DNA from: Emiliania huxleyi CCMP1516
Lineage: Eukaryota
NCBI RefSeq assembly: GCF_000372725.1
Contig: NW_005202303.1
Location: forward strand, 124,001-188,000
DNA: 64,000 nucleotides
Reading direction: 5' to 3'
Made by a program: the position numbers and the translations under genes
The notes under the pieces: model-generated
Databases searched by the model: none
Told to the model about the DNA's origin: nothing
Seen by the model: only the letters and a program-made list of their open reading frames with translations
In this document: positions 44,492-60,086 of the stretch, piece after piece
Layout of the letters: each line of letters opens with the position of its first letter
How positions within the stretch are numbered: position 1 is the stretch's first letter

Positions 44492-47400
44492 CTGACGCGG
44501 CGGCGCCGCCCGGCCCTGCCTCGGCCGCCGCTCGCGCGGGTCGCACACCTCGCTCTCGCAGAGGCCCGCGTGGCCTGCCGGGAAGGAGCAGCCGGGCGTG
44601 CCGCAGACTTTGTCTTCGCCATGGCCCACCCTGCGGAAGCCGGGGTCGCCGGTCGGCGGGCCGATCTTTGAGCTGCACTGCTGGGCGGCGGTGGCGGTGC
44701 TACGGCCCGCCGGGGTCCGCCGCGTGCCGTGATGGTGTGCGGCCGCCGCCACCGGCGGCGGTGGCCGCTGCCGCTGCCGACTCGGCGACCTCTTGGCGGG
44801 CTCGACTCGCGGCCGCTTTGCGGCCGGCGCGTCGGGGGGCACCCGCTTGGGCGTCGTGGCGCCCGTTGCCGGCCCGGCCGCCTCGTCAACGCGCCGCGTC
44901 GTCTCCGGCGCCTCGCCCTGCGGCGCCTTGGCCTGCGGCGCCTCGGCCTGCGGCGCCTTGGCCTGCGGCGCCTCTGGCCGTCCAAGGGCGGGCGGCGGGG
45001 CGGCGGCGACGTAGGCCACATGCCTGCGGAGGCGAGACGGGGAGGCTCGATGGGGGGGGAGGGGCTTGGCAGGGAGAGCGGCGGGGTCGAGGCGCGCGCG
45101 CGCGCCCGCGCAGAAAGGAGCACCACTTCTCGGCCGCCTCCGCCTCGCGCAACGAAGCATCCCGCGGCACCTCGGGGATGGCTACCGCCTCCGCCGCCTC
45201 CGCCTCCGCCTCCGCCTCCGCCTCCGCCTCCGCCTCCGCCGCCTCCGCCGCCTCCGCCGCCTCCGCCTCCGCCTCCGCCGCCGCCTCCGCCACCTCTGGC
45301 GGCTCCGCCCCCGCCTCCTCCACCGCCTCCCCGGCCGCAGCCGCCCCCCTCCGCCGCCGCGTGGCAGCCGCGGGCCGTGGCTCCGAGAGCGGCGCGTCCT
45401 TGCCTTGCGTGGCGTGCAGCACCCACCACGGGGGCGGCGGCGGCGGCGCCGCCGGCCGCCCCGCCACGCGTGCGATGGCGAGCTTCTTTGCACGCTGCAG
45501 CAGTGTGTCGTGCGCCTTGCGGCTCGCCTTGAGGGCAAGGTAGTTGAGCCGCACGCCCTCTTCCCACGTGAGGAGATCGTCGCCCTGCACCCAGCCGTGC
45601 GCACGCTTCGGGTTCCACGCCAGGAAGCAGACGAAGCTCCAGCCGTCGTCGCGCAGCCGCGCCGTGTCACGATCCTCCACGGCGGGCACCTTTTCGCAGC
45701 TGCGGGTGTGAAAAGACGCTGTTCACACCAGCAGTAGCGGCCCTCCGCGGCGGGCGCCTCCACGCGCGCCGGCCAAAAGGGGAAGCCTTGCGAGCGGGCC
45801 CACACGGTGGTGCCAGGCGCGTGCCGCCACGGCGCGCGCCACTCTGGCTCTTCATCGTCCGAGTCGTACAGCTGCTCCGAGTTGTCGTCGCGCAGCATCG
45901 CCTCCTCCCCCTGCACCGCCGCACGCAGCTCGGCAGAGCTCAGCGTCCGCAGCTCGCGCGGAAGCTCAAAGTCGTTCGCGGGCACGTCGAGGGCGTGCTT
46001 GATGGCGGCGACGAGGCGCGGCGCCGCCCCCTCCCCCTCACCGCCCTCCCCCTCCGCCCTGCCCTCGGCCACCGAGGCGGGCGGCGCGGCGGCGGGCGGC
46101 GCGGGCGGCGCGTACCGCGGCCACACGCCGCCGGCGGCGACCACCGCGTCCGAGTCGCCGGCCATGCTGTACTCGTTTTGGCGGCTCGCCGGCAGCGCGG
46201 TGGCGAGGTAGAAGCGGAGCGGCGGCGCGAAGGGCGTCGCCTCGAGCTGCGGGACGGACCAGTCGAGGAAGAGCGAGTCGAGCTTCGCGAGCCGCTGCTC
46301 GTGCGTCCCTCCGTCGAGCGCCTGCCTGCGCGCCTGCGAGAGGGGGGGGGGGGGAGCAAAGGGGGGGTGGCGGGGTGGCGGGCGGGTGGCGGGTGGCGCT
46401 CAAAGCTTGGGGTGGCGCGTGGGGCTGCTGCGTCACACTGCGTCACACCTTGACGACGAGCGGCAGGTCAGGCAGCAGCTCTACCGAGCCGTCCTCGCGC
46501 CGCTGGAAGGCTGGCCTGTTGGTCGGCTGCCGCTCGACGTTGAACCAGCCGGGCGTGCGAACGGGCCAACTCGCCCACGGCGCGCAGGCGCCGCCGGCGT
46601 GGCTGGCCCACGTCCCGTCCGCAAAGAGGTCGGGGGGGACCTTGTAGATTGGCGGGTTGCCTTGGTGCCCCCAGGTGGAGTAGGTTCGGTTGTACGAGCC
46701 TCCGTACACGACGGTCAGCTCCTCGGCGGGGCGGTACGACTCGCGCCGCGTGAGGAAGAAGGCGGACTTGTCGGCCACCTGGCGTGCGACGGGTGCGGGT
46801 GCGAATGCCACCGTCGCGGCACGGGGCGCGAGAAGGAGGAAGGCGGGGGCGGCCCGTCATCCGCTGCACCTCGGGGAGACCCGCGCACAGCAGATGCAGG
46901 GAGATGCGGGAGATGCGGGGAGAGATGCGGGGAGATGCGGGGAGAGTGTCCGCCGCACCTCGGGGAACTCGTGCACAAACGCGCCGTACATCGCTCGCGC
47001 GCCGTCGGGCTGGCGGAGGCCCAGCCGGAGGAGGAGCGGGTCGTCGTCGGAGAGGGGCAGCAGCGTCCGCTCCTCGAGCTGCAGCGAGGGCGGCCTAATC
47101 CAGCGCTCCTGAGTCCTCAGCGGCGAGGAGCGGGCGCCGCTCCTCGAGGCTGGCAGCGAGGGTGTGGCCCGCGAAACGGCTCGTTCGCGTTGCCCATCAT
47201 GAAGGCCGAGTTGCGGAACATGGGGTGCGCGTTGACGATGAGGTGCGCCTGCGCCTTGCGCATGAACTGCACGATGTGCGTCGAGATGTTGCGGTCCGCG
47301 TGCCCGTCCTCTGCGTGCGCGCACAGCAGCGAGAACACGTGCGGAGGCAGGTGCAGCAGCTCGCGCGCCTCCTCCGCCCGCAAGTAGCAGACCTCCTCGT

Positions 47401-48137
47401 CGCCCTCGTCGACGTGCGAGACGCCACGCTTGTCGTACAACGAATCCACACCCACCTGCTCACGCCCGCTGCTGTGAAGAGACGCCGCTCACGTGCCGCC
47501 CTCTCCGCGTCGGCCTCCACCTGCAGCAGGCACTCGTCGTCGCCGACCACCTGCTGGCCGTCGACGAGGTCGCGCCGCGGCTGAGACGTCACGTAGATCC
47601 CGTCCTGCACCTACGGAGGCACGCCCTCGCGCCTCGAGCCCTCCCTCCCCCGCGCGAGCCGCCACCGCGCCGCCCCCGTCACTCGCGCCCAGACGTGCCC
47701 CTTGGGCGTGAAGAGCTCGTCGCGGCGGCAGAGGTCAAAGCAGCCGCTGAGGACGGAGCGGAGCACGCGCGCCTGCGACGCGCTCTCCACCTCCGTCTCC
47801 TTGCCCAGGTACGGCAGCGCGAGCGGCCGCTCGAGCTTCTCCCAGTTCACCTCGCCGCCCGCTCGAGGGTAAAGGCCAAAGCCCTGGATGGTGCTGCTTC
47901 CCGCACGCAGCTCGGGCCACTCCCACCTCGAGTGCCTGTCGCCACGCAGCAGGGCGCGCGTCGATCGCAAGTCGGTGTGCTCTCCGTGCTGGAGATGAGG
48001 CCGCCATGGTGATGGTCTAGTCACGGCGCATCTAGACGAGGTTGCTCTGGCGCTGATCGCGAGGACAAACGAGGGAAGACGAGCTGCAGCAGACGGCGCT
48101 TGCCTTGAACCTCTTCAGAGACGTAGATCACGGGCAT
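44492..48137 (-). CDS. Multi-exon chromatin protein with divergent SET domain and PWWP domain
   Basis: SSTIQGFGLY, MMGNANEP and AEELTVVYG (SET-like); GTTVWARSQGFPFWPARVE...SFVCFL..HGWV (PWWP); terminal CGTPGCSFPAGHAGLC motif. Exon boundaries approximate. Confidence 0.7.
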
Positions 48138-49749
48138 TCCGCGTCTGCGAGATCGCGAGGTGAGAGATGAGAGCGACCAATAGCGCGTGGGTGGGAGAGG
48201 GAGAGAGGAGAGCCTCTCATTCAAGTTACTCTCGTGAGGCTGTGAAAGCACGCCCACCCTGCCGGGATTGGGCCGAAGGCAAGTGCGTCTGATTCACAGC
48301 TTAGGAGAGTACATTCAAGTCGAGAAGAGCGGGCCTCTTCACAGCCCCCGCCACCCTTCTAGGATTGCGAGCGGGTCCCCTCGCAAGATTCTGAGTGAGA
48401 AGACTGGTGATTGGGGCAGCCTCTCCACCCGTGGCAGCATTGCCAACTTTCGCAACCGCCGTGTAAACTTCTCTTGCGCGTATCAAGCTTACACGGGCGA
48501 TGCTGCTGAGGCCGATGCATACCTGCGCGACCCGGGTTCAGAGGCGTCACAGGCATGGCTCGAGGCGCAGCTTGCTCCAGGCGGTGGAGGTCCGACACCG
48601 CCTGGCTCGCCCGCCTACGGGGATAACTTCTGCCCTACCCCAGACTCGCCAGTGAGGCGGCCACGCGAGGAGGCGCCTGACGACAGCGACGCATATGAAC
48701 TCGACCAGGAGCGCGCGCTGGAGTTGCAGGGGCGCATCTCCTTATTTTACGGCCGGCCTTGGGACGAGGTGCCGAGAGGCGCGACGGTGCCAGTGACTTG
48801 CGAGTGGACCATAGCATCATTCAGCCGACAGCAGCAAATGCACGCCCGCTCTCGCCCGCACCGGTAGCCACGGACTTTGACATTGAGGACGAGTTCCTGC
48901 AGGAGCGTGCGCGGTGGTTCCGCGACCACGGCGGTGGCGGCGAGCTGGAGGGCTCGACGCGAAAGCAGAACGAGGCATTCCAGCGTTTGAAGGACTCTGA
49001 AGGACCGCCTCTTTAGCCTTCGCCGCGACCGCGCGAACCCGTCGGGCACACCGCGTGCCTCGCAACGCCGGGCGTCGGGCGCCGGATCAAGCACCGACCC
49101 CCTGTGAATCTGTGGACGGTGCGAATTATTAATTACGAAAAATGTTCTCTAAAATGTTACGAGCGAGGTAAATCGCGATGCAGTTTGCAGCACTCTAGTA
49201 ATTGCATTTTAAGTGCATAGTGATGCATGTTGCTGAGTAGGCAAGGCCAAGGACAATGGGAGGCCCTTGAGCAGTCCACCCCTTTGGCCATCTGGCTCCG
49301 GTTCCTGCCTCATCTAATGTAGAGAATTTTGCATGCATCAAGATGATACACCATTTTGTTGGCTAGGCGGGCGCAAGAGGTCTGTTAGCGCCCCCCCCCG
49401 GCGCCCCCGGCGACCGGCACCCACCGCGAGCAGCACTTCGTCCGGTCCCTCCACCTCCTGCTGCTGACCACTCTGACCTCGCCGCCGTCGTTGCTCTTGT
49501 CCGCGCGGCCGGTGCGGCTCTTGAGCACCTCGAAGGAGAGCTCAGGTGCTCCGTTGACGACTTATTTTGCACTGTCAGCTCGGCGAACATGCACTTGACC
49601 CGCACTGATGTTCGCGCTGCGGTTGCTTACTTGCGCACGGAGCAGGAGATTGTAGTCGACCGAGACAGCCAGCACCGCCCTGGTAGGGACATCATTTCTT
49701 TTTGGAGGATTAGGTACACACGGACACGCAATGGAGGCCGTGTGTCAGT

Positions 49750-50020
49750 GAATCCATGCAACTAAATGCAGTTTCCCGCCGAATGCAAAGAATGCAGAAA
49801 AAGCATATGCAGCTGAAATGCAGTTGCCCACCGAATGCAAAGAATGCAGAAAATGCATATGCAGCTGAAATGCAGTTGCCCACCGAATGCATGCAGTTGC
49901 CTCTCGAATCACGAATGCAGAAAATGCAGATGCAGTCTTGAATGCACTATAATGCGTTCAAATGCCATGATATGTGTGATATGCAACATATGCAAAAATG
50001 CAAAAAAATGTGCATGGGCA
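49750..50020. repeat. TGCA-rich degenerate repeat block
   Basis: Dense ATGCA/TGCAT motifs and a duplicated GCATATGCAGCTGAAATGCAGTTGCCCACCGAATGCA. Confidence 0.7.
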
Positions 50021-50445
50021 AAAACCACACGCATTTTTGGGCAAGAACCACAACACACCCACTTTGCGACGCCGCCGCCGGCTTTCCCGCCGACTTCTCC
50101 CCGCTCCCCGCCGCCGCTCTTGCCAAACGCAGGGAAGGCGGTCAGGTCGTGGAGGTCGAGCACCTTCTCTTTCATGCTCGTGATGCTCGCGGATGTCGTG
50201 TGCTCCCGAGCCTGCTTGAGTGCGGTTCCACCAAAGAGATAGTCGCCCAGGATTGCGGGAGGTGGCTTGCGCATCCGCCCGTCGCGGCGGGTGGAGCGGG
50301 AGGCAGCCGACGCGTAGATCATATGCAGGCAATCCGGATTACGCCCGATCAAGTTTCAGCGTTCAACCAACGAGCATGTCCGCGGCCGCGTACGAGGGGG
50401 TAGTAACTGCAACCTCGGATTTGCAGGTGAGTAGTCTGCGATGAA

Positions 50446-50622
50446 TGTGTGGTGTGTAGAAATCTGCAAGGTGGATGTGTGGTGTGTAGTAATCTGCACG
50501 AGAAAAGCTCTTGGATTGTGTGGTGTATAGTAATCTGCAAGGTGGATTGTGTGGTGTGTAGTAATCTGCAAGAGAAAAGCTCTTGGATTGTGTGGTGTAT
50601 AGTAATCTGCAAGAGAAAAGCT
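50446..50622. repeat. Minisatellite with alternating short/long units
   Basis: Five copies of TGTGTGGTGTRTAGTAATCTGCA followed by either AGGTGGA or xGAGAAAAGCTCTTGGA. Confidence 0.85.
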
Positions 50623-51196
50623 CAAAACGTAGTAAACTGCAAATTTTCCCTGTCACAATAATGACCGCTAGCCCCGCGCACTTGTCCACGACTCGGCGGC
50701 AACGAATGTTTTTACCACCTCCGCCACGCTATCCAGCACGTGGACGGCGCTCGCCATCTCGACCGAGTCGTCCTCCGGCGGAAGCTCCGCGTCGCCCGCG
50801 GCCGCTTTTCCCGAGCGCGCTCGTCGCGCATCCGCTCGTGGTGGGCCTGCCGACGCGCCACGCCGGGGCCCGTGTGCCTCGCCGCCGCGTCCGGCGACGG
50901 CATCGGTGCTGTCCGCCCGAGCGTGACTCGCAACTGTCTCCACGATTTGCCAAAGCGCTAAGCGGCTCCCACCGACCACAATACACCCCAAAGTTGACTC
51001 CTCTCTCTGTATACATACATACACTCGAAAAGCACATGAACACTCGAGAAGAGATAGAGTAGCGCGCAAACGAACGCGAGAGTCCGGCACCTGGCGTGTA
51101 CAGCGCCCGCGTCCGTCTCGCACCTCGAGCTCAACGCGCCTCAACCTCAAGTGGCATCTCTGCGAGTTGCGTGAACAGCTGCACGCATGCGTCCGC

Positions 51197-53664
<2,468 letters not shown>

Positions 53665-54994
53665 TCGGTGGCACCGCCGATCGGCTTTTCGCGTTTTGAT
53701 TTTTTTCTGTGCGTGACATGGCGACAGCGGACGAACGAAAGGTGTGCAGACCCCAGTACCGGCGGACGCAGCGAGCGTCGGGACTCCGTCCCAGCAGACG
53801 AAGTCTCTCTCGTGGGCTCCACGGCCCGGATCGCGAGCTCGATCGATACACGACTAGGTTAGGTTAGGTTATTTATAGGTATGTATGTAAGAAGGTGAAG
53901 AACAGCCAGGCTCGGACTGGACACCAACGCGGTATGGGTGGACGCGGGACAGATTATGACGACACGCACGAGCGACACACAGACACAAACAGGCTCACAC
54001 ACAAGACACACAGCCAGCTGGCTGCCACACACCCTGAGTTGGCGTACACATAACTCAGGGCCACGTCCTCCCTGTCGCCCCCCCCAGCACACACGGTGCC
54101 AAGGGTACAAACAAGAGCACAACAACACAGGCAGGTGACAGGGAGTAACGTGCGAGGCTAGAGCAGACCGCTCCGCCTCTAGCAATCTCGCCGGCCGCAA
54201 GGCACGGACAAGACCGTGTGTGGGGTCTTGTGAGGTGTCTATGGACGCCCTCCTCACAGCCTAGCGGCCTACTGCCAGCCCCAACTCGCACTCATGGGTG
54301 ATGTCAGTTCATTGTATGAGTGTATGCGAGCAGAAGCGCGTGTGCTGATCTAGATCGCACGCCGTGGCATATGACGGAGATAGGCGTGCGACCGCAGCGC
54401 GCCCGCCGTAAGGTCGACGGGGCGCGCGTGTCAGCGAGAGAGTTGCGGGCGGAGCCATACCCGACTTTTCGAAGACGAGCCCCGCGCCACGGGTGCCAGC
54501 CGTGCCTTCGCGGGAGTCGCCCCTCGAGCCGCGTCCCGTCGGCACTGTCTGTCCCTGAGTGCGTCCCGCCTTGGCGGCACACACTCGACGAGGACAGTCC
54601 GGCCGACGGGAACGTGTCGCGCGCACCGCCCTGCATCACAGACCGGGCAAGGAGGGGCCTGCTCGCATTCCGCGGAACAGGAGGTCTCTCCCCCTCCCCC
54701 GGCCTGAGCAGCCACGGCTACGGGTGGACGGCAGCCCCTCGAGTCGAGGACGGCCCACTGCGCTGCATCAAAGGCCAGAGGCCTGGTCAGTACAGGTGTT
54801 CGCGCCGCCCCGCTCAGCGTCGCCCGCCGCCGCGCCGCCCCGCCGCCCGATGATTAATAATTAATAATTAATTAACAAATAAGTAATTACCATCCGCCGC
54901 CGCGCCGCCCCGCCCTGCGTCGCCGCGTCGCCCGCTGCCTCGCCGCGCCGCCGCCTCGCGCCGCCCGCCGCCGCGCCGCGCCGCCGCCCGATGA

Positions 54995-55254
54995 TTGAGC
55001 ACTTGAGCACCGGATAGGGTCGATTCCGCATGGTACGGGACCCCTCGATCGTCTCGCCCACCCTCACTGGTGTGTTCATTGGGGGGGGGGTCATAACAAA
55101 CACGGTACAGGATCGAGGTGCACGCTGCTGAAGCAGTGCCGTCCCCCCTCTCCCCGACGGCGATGGCGGTGTGACCGATCGAGCTACAAGAGGAACTTGT
55201 TCAGCAGGATCCGAGTTAGACCGGTGCACTACCTCACTGGGCCTGAGACCACCG
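54995..55254 (-). mobile_element. Dispersed repeat family copy 2
   Basis: Reverse complement of 12357-12550, extending 5' to match 57186 onward. Confidence 0.75.
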
Positions 55255-55260
55255 AAATAA

Positions 55261-55291
<31 letters not shown>

Positions 55292-56043
55292 GTTTGCGCG
55301 ACTCGGCGGCCCCCTCCGCTGGCGGCTGCCGCAACTGGCTCACGACAGCGTCTCGCCGGTTGCCGGATAGGAGAGTACAGAACGTCTGGAGTCTAACTGT
55401 GTACGTGAGATCGGTATTGATAACAAGCACGGTCGATCCGTCAAAAGCGATACACAATACAGTCGTTCCTATCTCGCTGGAGGGCTCTGTGCGCCGACAA
55501 ACAGGAAGAGCCGTACGGCAAGAAGGGCTCGCTGTCAGAAGAGCTTCAGGTGTAACCTGAAGTCCGTGGTGTAGGAATCCTAATTCAAGTTCTTAGATCA
55601 CAACCCAAACGATGATAGAAGGTAAAAAGATCGACGGCACGCGTTGCGCCTTGCCGATGATCCGCACCTACCTAGCACCTAGGCTCTTGGGTGGCGCGCC
55701 CAACACTTCACAACGGACCTGGTTGTGCCTCTGCTGCGCCCCGCCCCAAGTATCCTTTTTTTTCTGCCCATGTGCTACCAGGTCATCGAACCAAAACAAA
55801 ACGGTATTGCTAAAAATCTCTCTCTCTCGAACCAGGCACAGTATGGGTTACGTCCCTATTCACAGCAGTATGACGGGGTCCTCTACCTCTGGAGCGTGAG
55901 TGGATTCTTTTTTCGACATAATTCCGGGATTGATTTTTTCTTCGGGAGACAAAACAATCTCGCGGGGAGCAATCAAGCATCATTTCTTCTTTTCAGTTGC
56001 GCACAAAAGGGTCGGGCACTCTGTGTTGTATATACACACGTAT

Positions 56044-56952
56044 ATGTCCGCCTCCGCCTCCAACTGGCCTCCCACGCTGTCCCCGACGAGCCTGGTCGAG
56101 TTCACGCACCTCGCTCAGCGCGACGCCTTCCCGCCAGCCGTCAGGCCTCCCGCGGCCGCCGCCGCTGCGGCCGCCGCGGCCACCAACGCTGCCGCCGCCG
56201 CCGCCGCCGCCGCGGGCTTCCCGCCGTCTCTTCGGGCGCCGTCTCTTCGGGCGCCGTCTCCGCCGCCCGCAAGCGCCGCCGCGCCGCCAACCGCGAGCGC
56301 ATCCGCGCCGCCGCTGCCCGGCACGCGCACCCTCGCAGACGAGGTGGCGCTGCTGCTCCACCGCTCACATGCGACACGGCGGCGCGCCGCTGCGGCGGTG
56401 CAGGAGGACGTGGCGAGCGGCGACGCCGCCGCCCTCCCGCCGCGAGATGGGCTCACCTTTGACGCCGCGTGCGGCGGCGCGTGCGGCTGGACCTTGCGTG
56501 TGCTGGATTGCGAGGTTGACGTGGCCGAGGTTGGTCAGTGCGGCACTTGGGCGGCGTCCGTCTCGGTGGTGGCGCGGCTGACGTGGCGCGGCGGCTGCAG
56601 CGCACACGAAGAGACTGGCTCCGGCCACGCAGGCTGGCGACGAGACGGCGTCGTGCAGGGCGTTGAGGTCGAGGCTGTCGCGCCGCGGGGTGCGAGCGAG
56701 GTGGCGCCGACGGACGAGGCGCTGCTAAAGAGCGTTCCTGCGCAGGCGCGCGGGCTGGTCGAGGCGCAGGAGGGCGTCCCGCGTGAGGAGTCCCTCGCCG
56801 GCCTGCGCCGCGCCGTGCTGGCGGCGCGGCGCAAGGCCATCTGCTCGGCGTCTGGTCGTCTTGCCCGCAACTTTTACAGGAGCTTGCCGAGAGACGTGCG
56901 GGAAGGCATCGAGAGAGAGCTGAGTCGCCTGCCCGCGGGCGTACGGTGCTGA
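56044..56952 (+). CDS. Divergent Rad52/Rad22-like protein
   Basis: GWTLRVLDCEVDVAE...VSVVARLTWRGGCSAHEETGSGH...ARRKAICSASGRLARNF follows the Rad52 core pattern GW..I....D...SV.VRVTL.DG..HED.G.G...A.K.A..DA.KRA.R.F. Confidence 0.6.
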   Translation: MSASASNWPPTLSPTSLVEFTHLAQRDAFPPAVRPPAAAAAAAAAATNAAAAAAAAAGFPPSLRAPSLRAPSPPPASAAAPPTASASAPPLPGTRTLADEVALLLHRSHATRRRAAAAVQEDVASGDAAALPPRDGLTFDAACGGACGWTLRVLDCEVDVAEVGQCGTWAASVSVVARLTWRGGCSAHEETGSGHAGWRRDGVVQGVEVEAVAPRGASEVAPTDEALLKSVPAQARGLVEAQEGVPREESLAGLRRAVLAARRKAICSASGRLARNFYRSLPRDVREGIERELSRLPAGVRC

Positions 56953-57185
56953 GATGCCGCGCTGAGAAGCGGCGAGATACGTGTCTGCGAATCACTCTCT
57001 GTCATGTGACAAACATGCACATGCACATGCACAACAACAACATGTACATGTGCCGTCCACGGCGTGTCGCTCGCGGGCGGTTCCGCAAATTTGGGAGCAC
57101 TTGGAGTGCAGTCCAGAGCGGAGCGGTCCCTCCCGACTCACGGGGCGCTTCCCTGCGCGCAGGTGGCAGTCTCACTGCTGTCGTG

Positions 57186-57448
57186 CGGTGATCTCAGGCC
57201 CAGTGAGGTAGTGCATCTGACTATCCTGGATCCTGGATCCTGCTCAACAAGTTCCTCCTCTAGTCCTCTTGACCCTTGAGTCTTGTAGCTCGTGCTCGAT
57301 CGGTCACCGACCGCCATCACCGTCGAGGAGAAGGCTTGCCAGAAGGGGGACGACTCTGCTTCGGCAGTGTGCACCTCGATCCTGTACCGGGTTTGTTACG
57401 ACCCCCCAATGAACACTCCAGTGAGGGTGGGCGAGACGATCGAGGGGT
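57186..57448 (+). mobile_element. Dispersed repeat family copy 3
   Basis: Matches 54995-55254 (inverted) and 12357-12505. Confidence 0.75.
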
Positions 57449-57499
57449 GCGGGTGGCAAACCCCGCAAAGTGACCCGTTTTTACCCACCCACGCCCGTG

Positions 57500-57985
57500 C
57501 GCGCGTATCTTAGCTAAGGTACGCGGCCACACGCGCTGGCGCGCACGGCAACCGGGACTTACACGCGCGACAGGGGACTGCGTATCCTCGCCTGCCTCGG
57601 GGGAGAATAGCCGCCCTCACCCGCTGGCCGCGCATCGAGCTCGGCGCGGGGCTGATACGTGTCATTCTGTGCCGGCGCGTATCTTAGCCAAGATACGCGG
57701 CCACACGTGCAGACGCGTATAGCGGTACTCGCGCCCACACGTGCAGCCGCCTACGTGCAGCCGCCTATCTTGGCCAACATAGGCGGGCGTGAGCGCGTGA
57801 AACGGCCCGTCGGCGAAGGCGACTCGCGCTGGCACGTGCACAGAGGGATGTTCACATACGCGGCTACACGTGTGGGCGCCTATCTAGGGGAACATCGCGC
57901 CCCATGCGTGGGCGTGTATGTCACGCGGTACGCGGCTGCGAGTGCAGCCGCCTATGTTGGCCAAGATAGGCGGCTGCACGTGTGA
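57500..57985. repeat. Cluster of palindromic repeats
   Basis: CGCGTATCTTAGCCAAGATACGCG and GTGCAGCCGCCTATGTTGGCCAAGATAGGCGGCTGCAC hairpins, four related copies. Confidence 0.7.
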
Positions 57986-58507
57986 GCCCCGACGCTCGGT
58001 CGTCCTCAACACCTTGCTGGTGAGCCTCATGCTACAGCCGGCGCAGGCACACGTCGTCTCTAACGCGACGCTTGTCAAGGTCGACGGCTCGAGCAATGCT
58101 CTGGCTGTTTTCCGCAAGTTGCCCAAGTCAGGCAGCGCCGCCGAAGGCCACGTCTCGCAAGAGGAGGTCCTCCAGTTAGCAGACGGTCTTCCGGCCGCGG
58201 GCGCGGTCTCGCTCTCGGGAGAGGAGCGCGTCAAGACGTTCGCCCGAGCTCTCGAGGCCAAAGTCTCCGGCGGCGAAGGCTCTGGCTGGGAAGGCGCTGG
58301 CTGGTTGGCCGCTGTTGGGGACAAGGCGACCTACTCCGTAACAATAATAAATTATAATCGGGTGGCTCGACGAATCCGGCGCGCCTGCTAGTGTGCGCGC
58401 GCCTCTCTTCACACAGCCGTCACACAGAGCACCTTGTTAATGTTATCGCGGACCTGGTGGAGGACGCCACACGAATAGCCGCTCGCGCAGCCGGAGTCCA
58501 GCTAGGA

Positions 58508-60040
58508 ATGTCAACTCGCCGCCTCGCCGAGATTCCACCCTGCCGCTTCTACGGCGGTGCCGACTCGGCGAAGAAGCCGCGAGCCTGGAGAACCGCAGAG
58601 GAGGACGGCTGGTCGCTCCACGCACAGCAGCAGACCGCGCTGCGCGAGGCATCCGAAAGTGGCGAGGTGCCATGGGCGGTCGAGATTGGCGCGAATGGGC
58701 GGCGAAAATTCATCGTCGCCTCGCGCGAGAGCTTCTGGAGGCGGTACCGGCGGCTGCGCCCGCAGTTCCGCCACCACTACGAGGTGGTTGCGGAGGGGCA
58801 GCCGTGTCACCTGTACCTCGACCTCGAGTTCTACGTGCGCGCCAACCCGGACCGGTGCGGCGAGGCCATGACTTTGACGGTGCGCCGCGAGGTGTGCGCC
58901 GCGTTGCACCGGGAGTACGGCGTGCTCCCTCCCGATGACGCGATTGTTGAGCTCGACTCATCGACGGCGGCCAAGTTCTCGCGCCATCTCGTCGTCCGGC
59001 TTCCGGGCGCCGCGTTCGCTGACAACGGCCACTGCGGCCGCTTCGTGCGCGCGTGGGTCGACGAGCTCGCTGCGCGCCGGGCGGCTGAGCCAGCGCTGAA
59101 CGCGCTGTGGGTTCGACCTGCATCGGCTGGGGGCTCCACGCCGCTGCCTGCGGAAGCGCGCTCAACGCCGCTGCCTGTGGCGCCCTCACCGCCGGCGGGC
59201 TCCACGCCGCAGCGGAGGGCGCCGCTGCCTGCGGAAGCGCCTGCAGCGGTGCAGCCCTCCTCGCCACCCTCGCCGAGCGACGCGGAGAGCGATGCCAGCC
59301 GTGCGGACGACTCGCCGATTAGCAGGTCGCGCAAGCGCATGAGGAGGGCGGAGGCCCGAGCCAGCGACTGCCGGCATGGCGAACCGGCGAGAGTCGGGTG
59401 CGCGGCAGCGTGCGCTGCAGCGGCGGAACTTCCGGGTGGGTGGGCGGAGGGGGGGTGGCGAGGCGCTGCCACGCCGCCAGCCCCTCTCGCGTCGCTGCAC
59501 GCGCCGTGCGGTGTGGGCGTGGCCGCTGCCTCTTTCGAGACGACCTTCGTCGACCTCGGCGTATACACGCGCAACCGCTGCTTTCGGCTGTACAAGTCGT
59601 CCAAGCTCGCCGGGCAGGCCGAGCTGCGCCCGGCGCGGCTCTCTGCCGCAGAGCAGGCGACACTTCCTGGACACTTCTTAGACACTTCCTGGACACTGGA
59701 AGGCTCTCTGCCGCAGAGCAGGCCTTCCTGCCGCACGCCGCTCTTGCTCTAGTTGCTGTGGACCCTTGAGAGTCAGCAGTATCTCCTCCTTGGGGGCCTC
59801 GATTCCCTTGCCACCACCAACTTCCGAATCTTCACAGAGTAGTCGATCTCTCCCCGTCTGTCACCATCACGATCATCACCTTCTCCTGCTCAGGCCTTCC
59901 TGCCGCACGCCGCAGAGGAGGACCTCTTCTTCTCCTCCCTCGTCACTCTCGTCCCTCCCGGCGCGACGTTGCTCTCACACGGCCAGCCGCCGGCGGAGGC
60001 AGCGGGCGGCGGAGGCGGCAGCGCCACCGCCGGCTCTTGC

Positions 60041-60086
<46 letters not shown>

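Noticed and set aside
50446..50622. Repeat-spacer-like array as a CRISPR
   Set aside because: Intervening segments are short and are themselves repeated.
53857..53870. GGTTA repeats as interstitial telomere
   Set aside because: Only ~3 pentamer copies, not a TTAGGG/TTTAGGG array; more likely an element tail.
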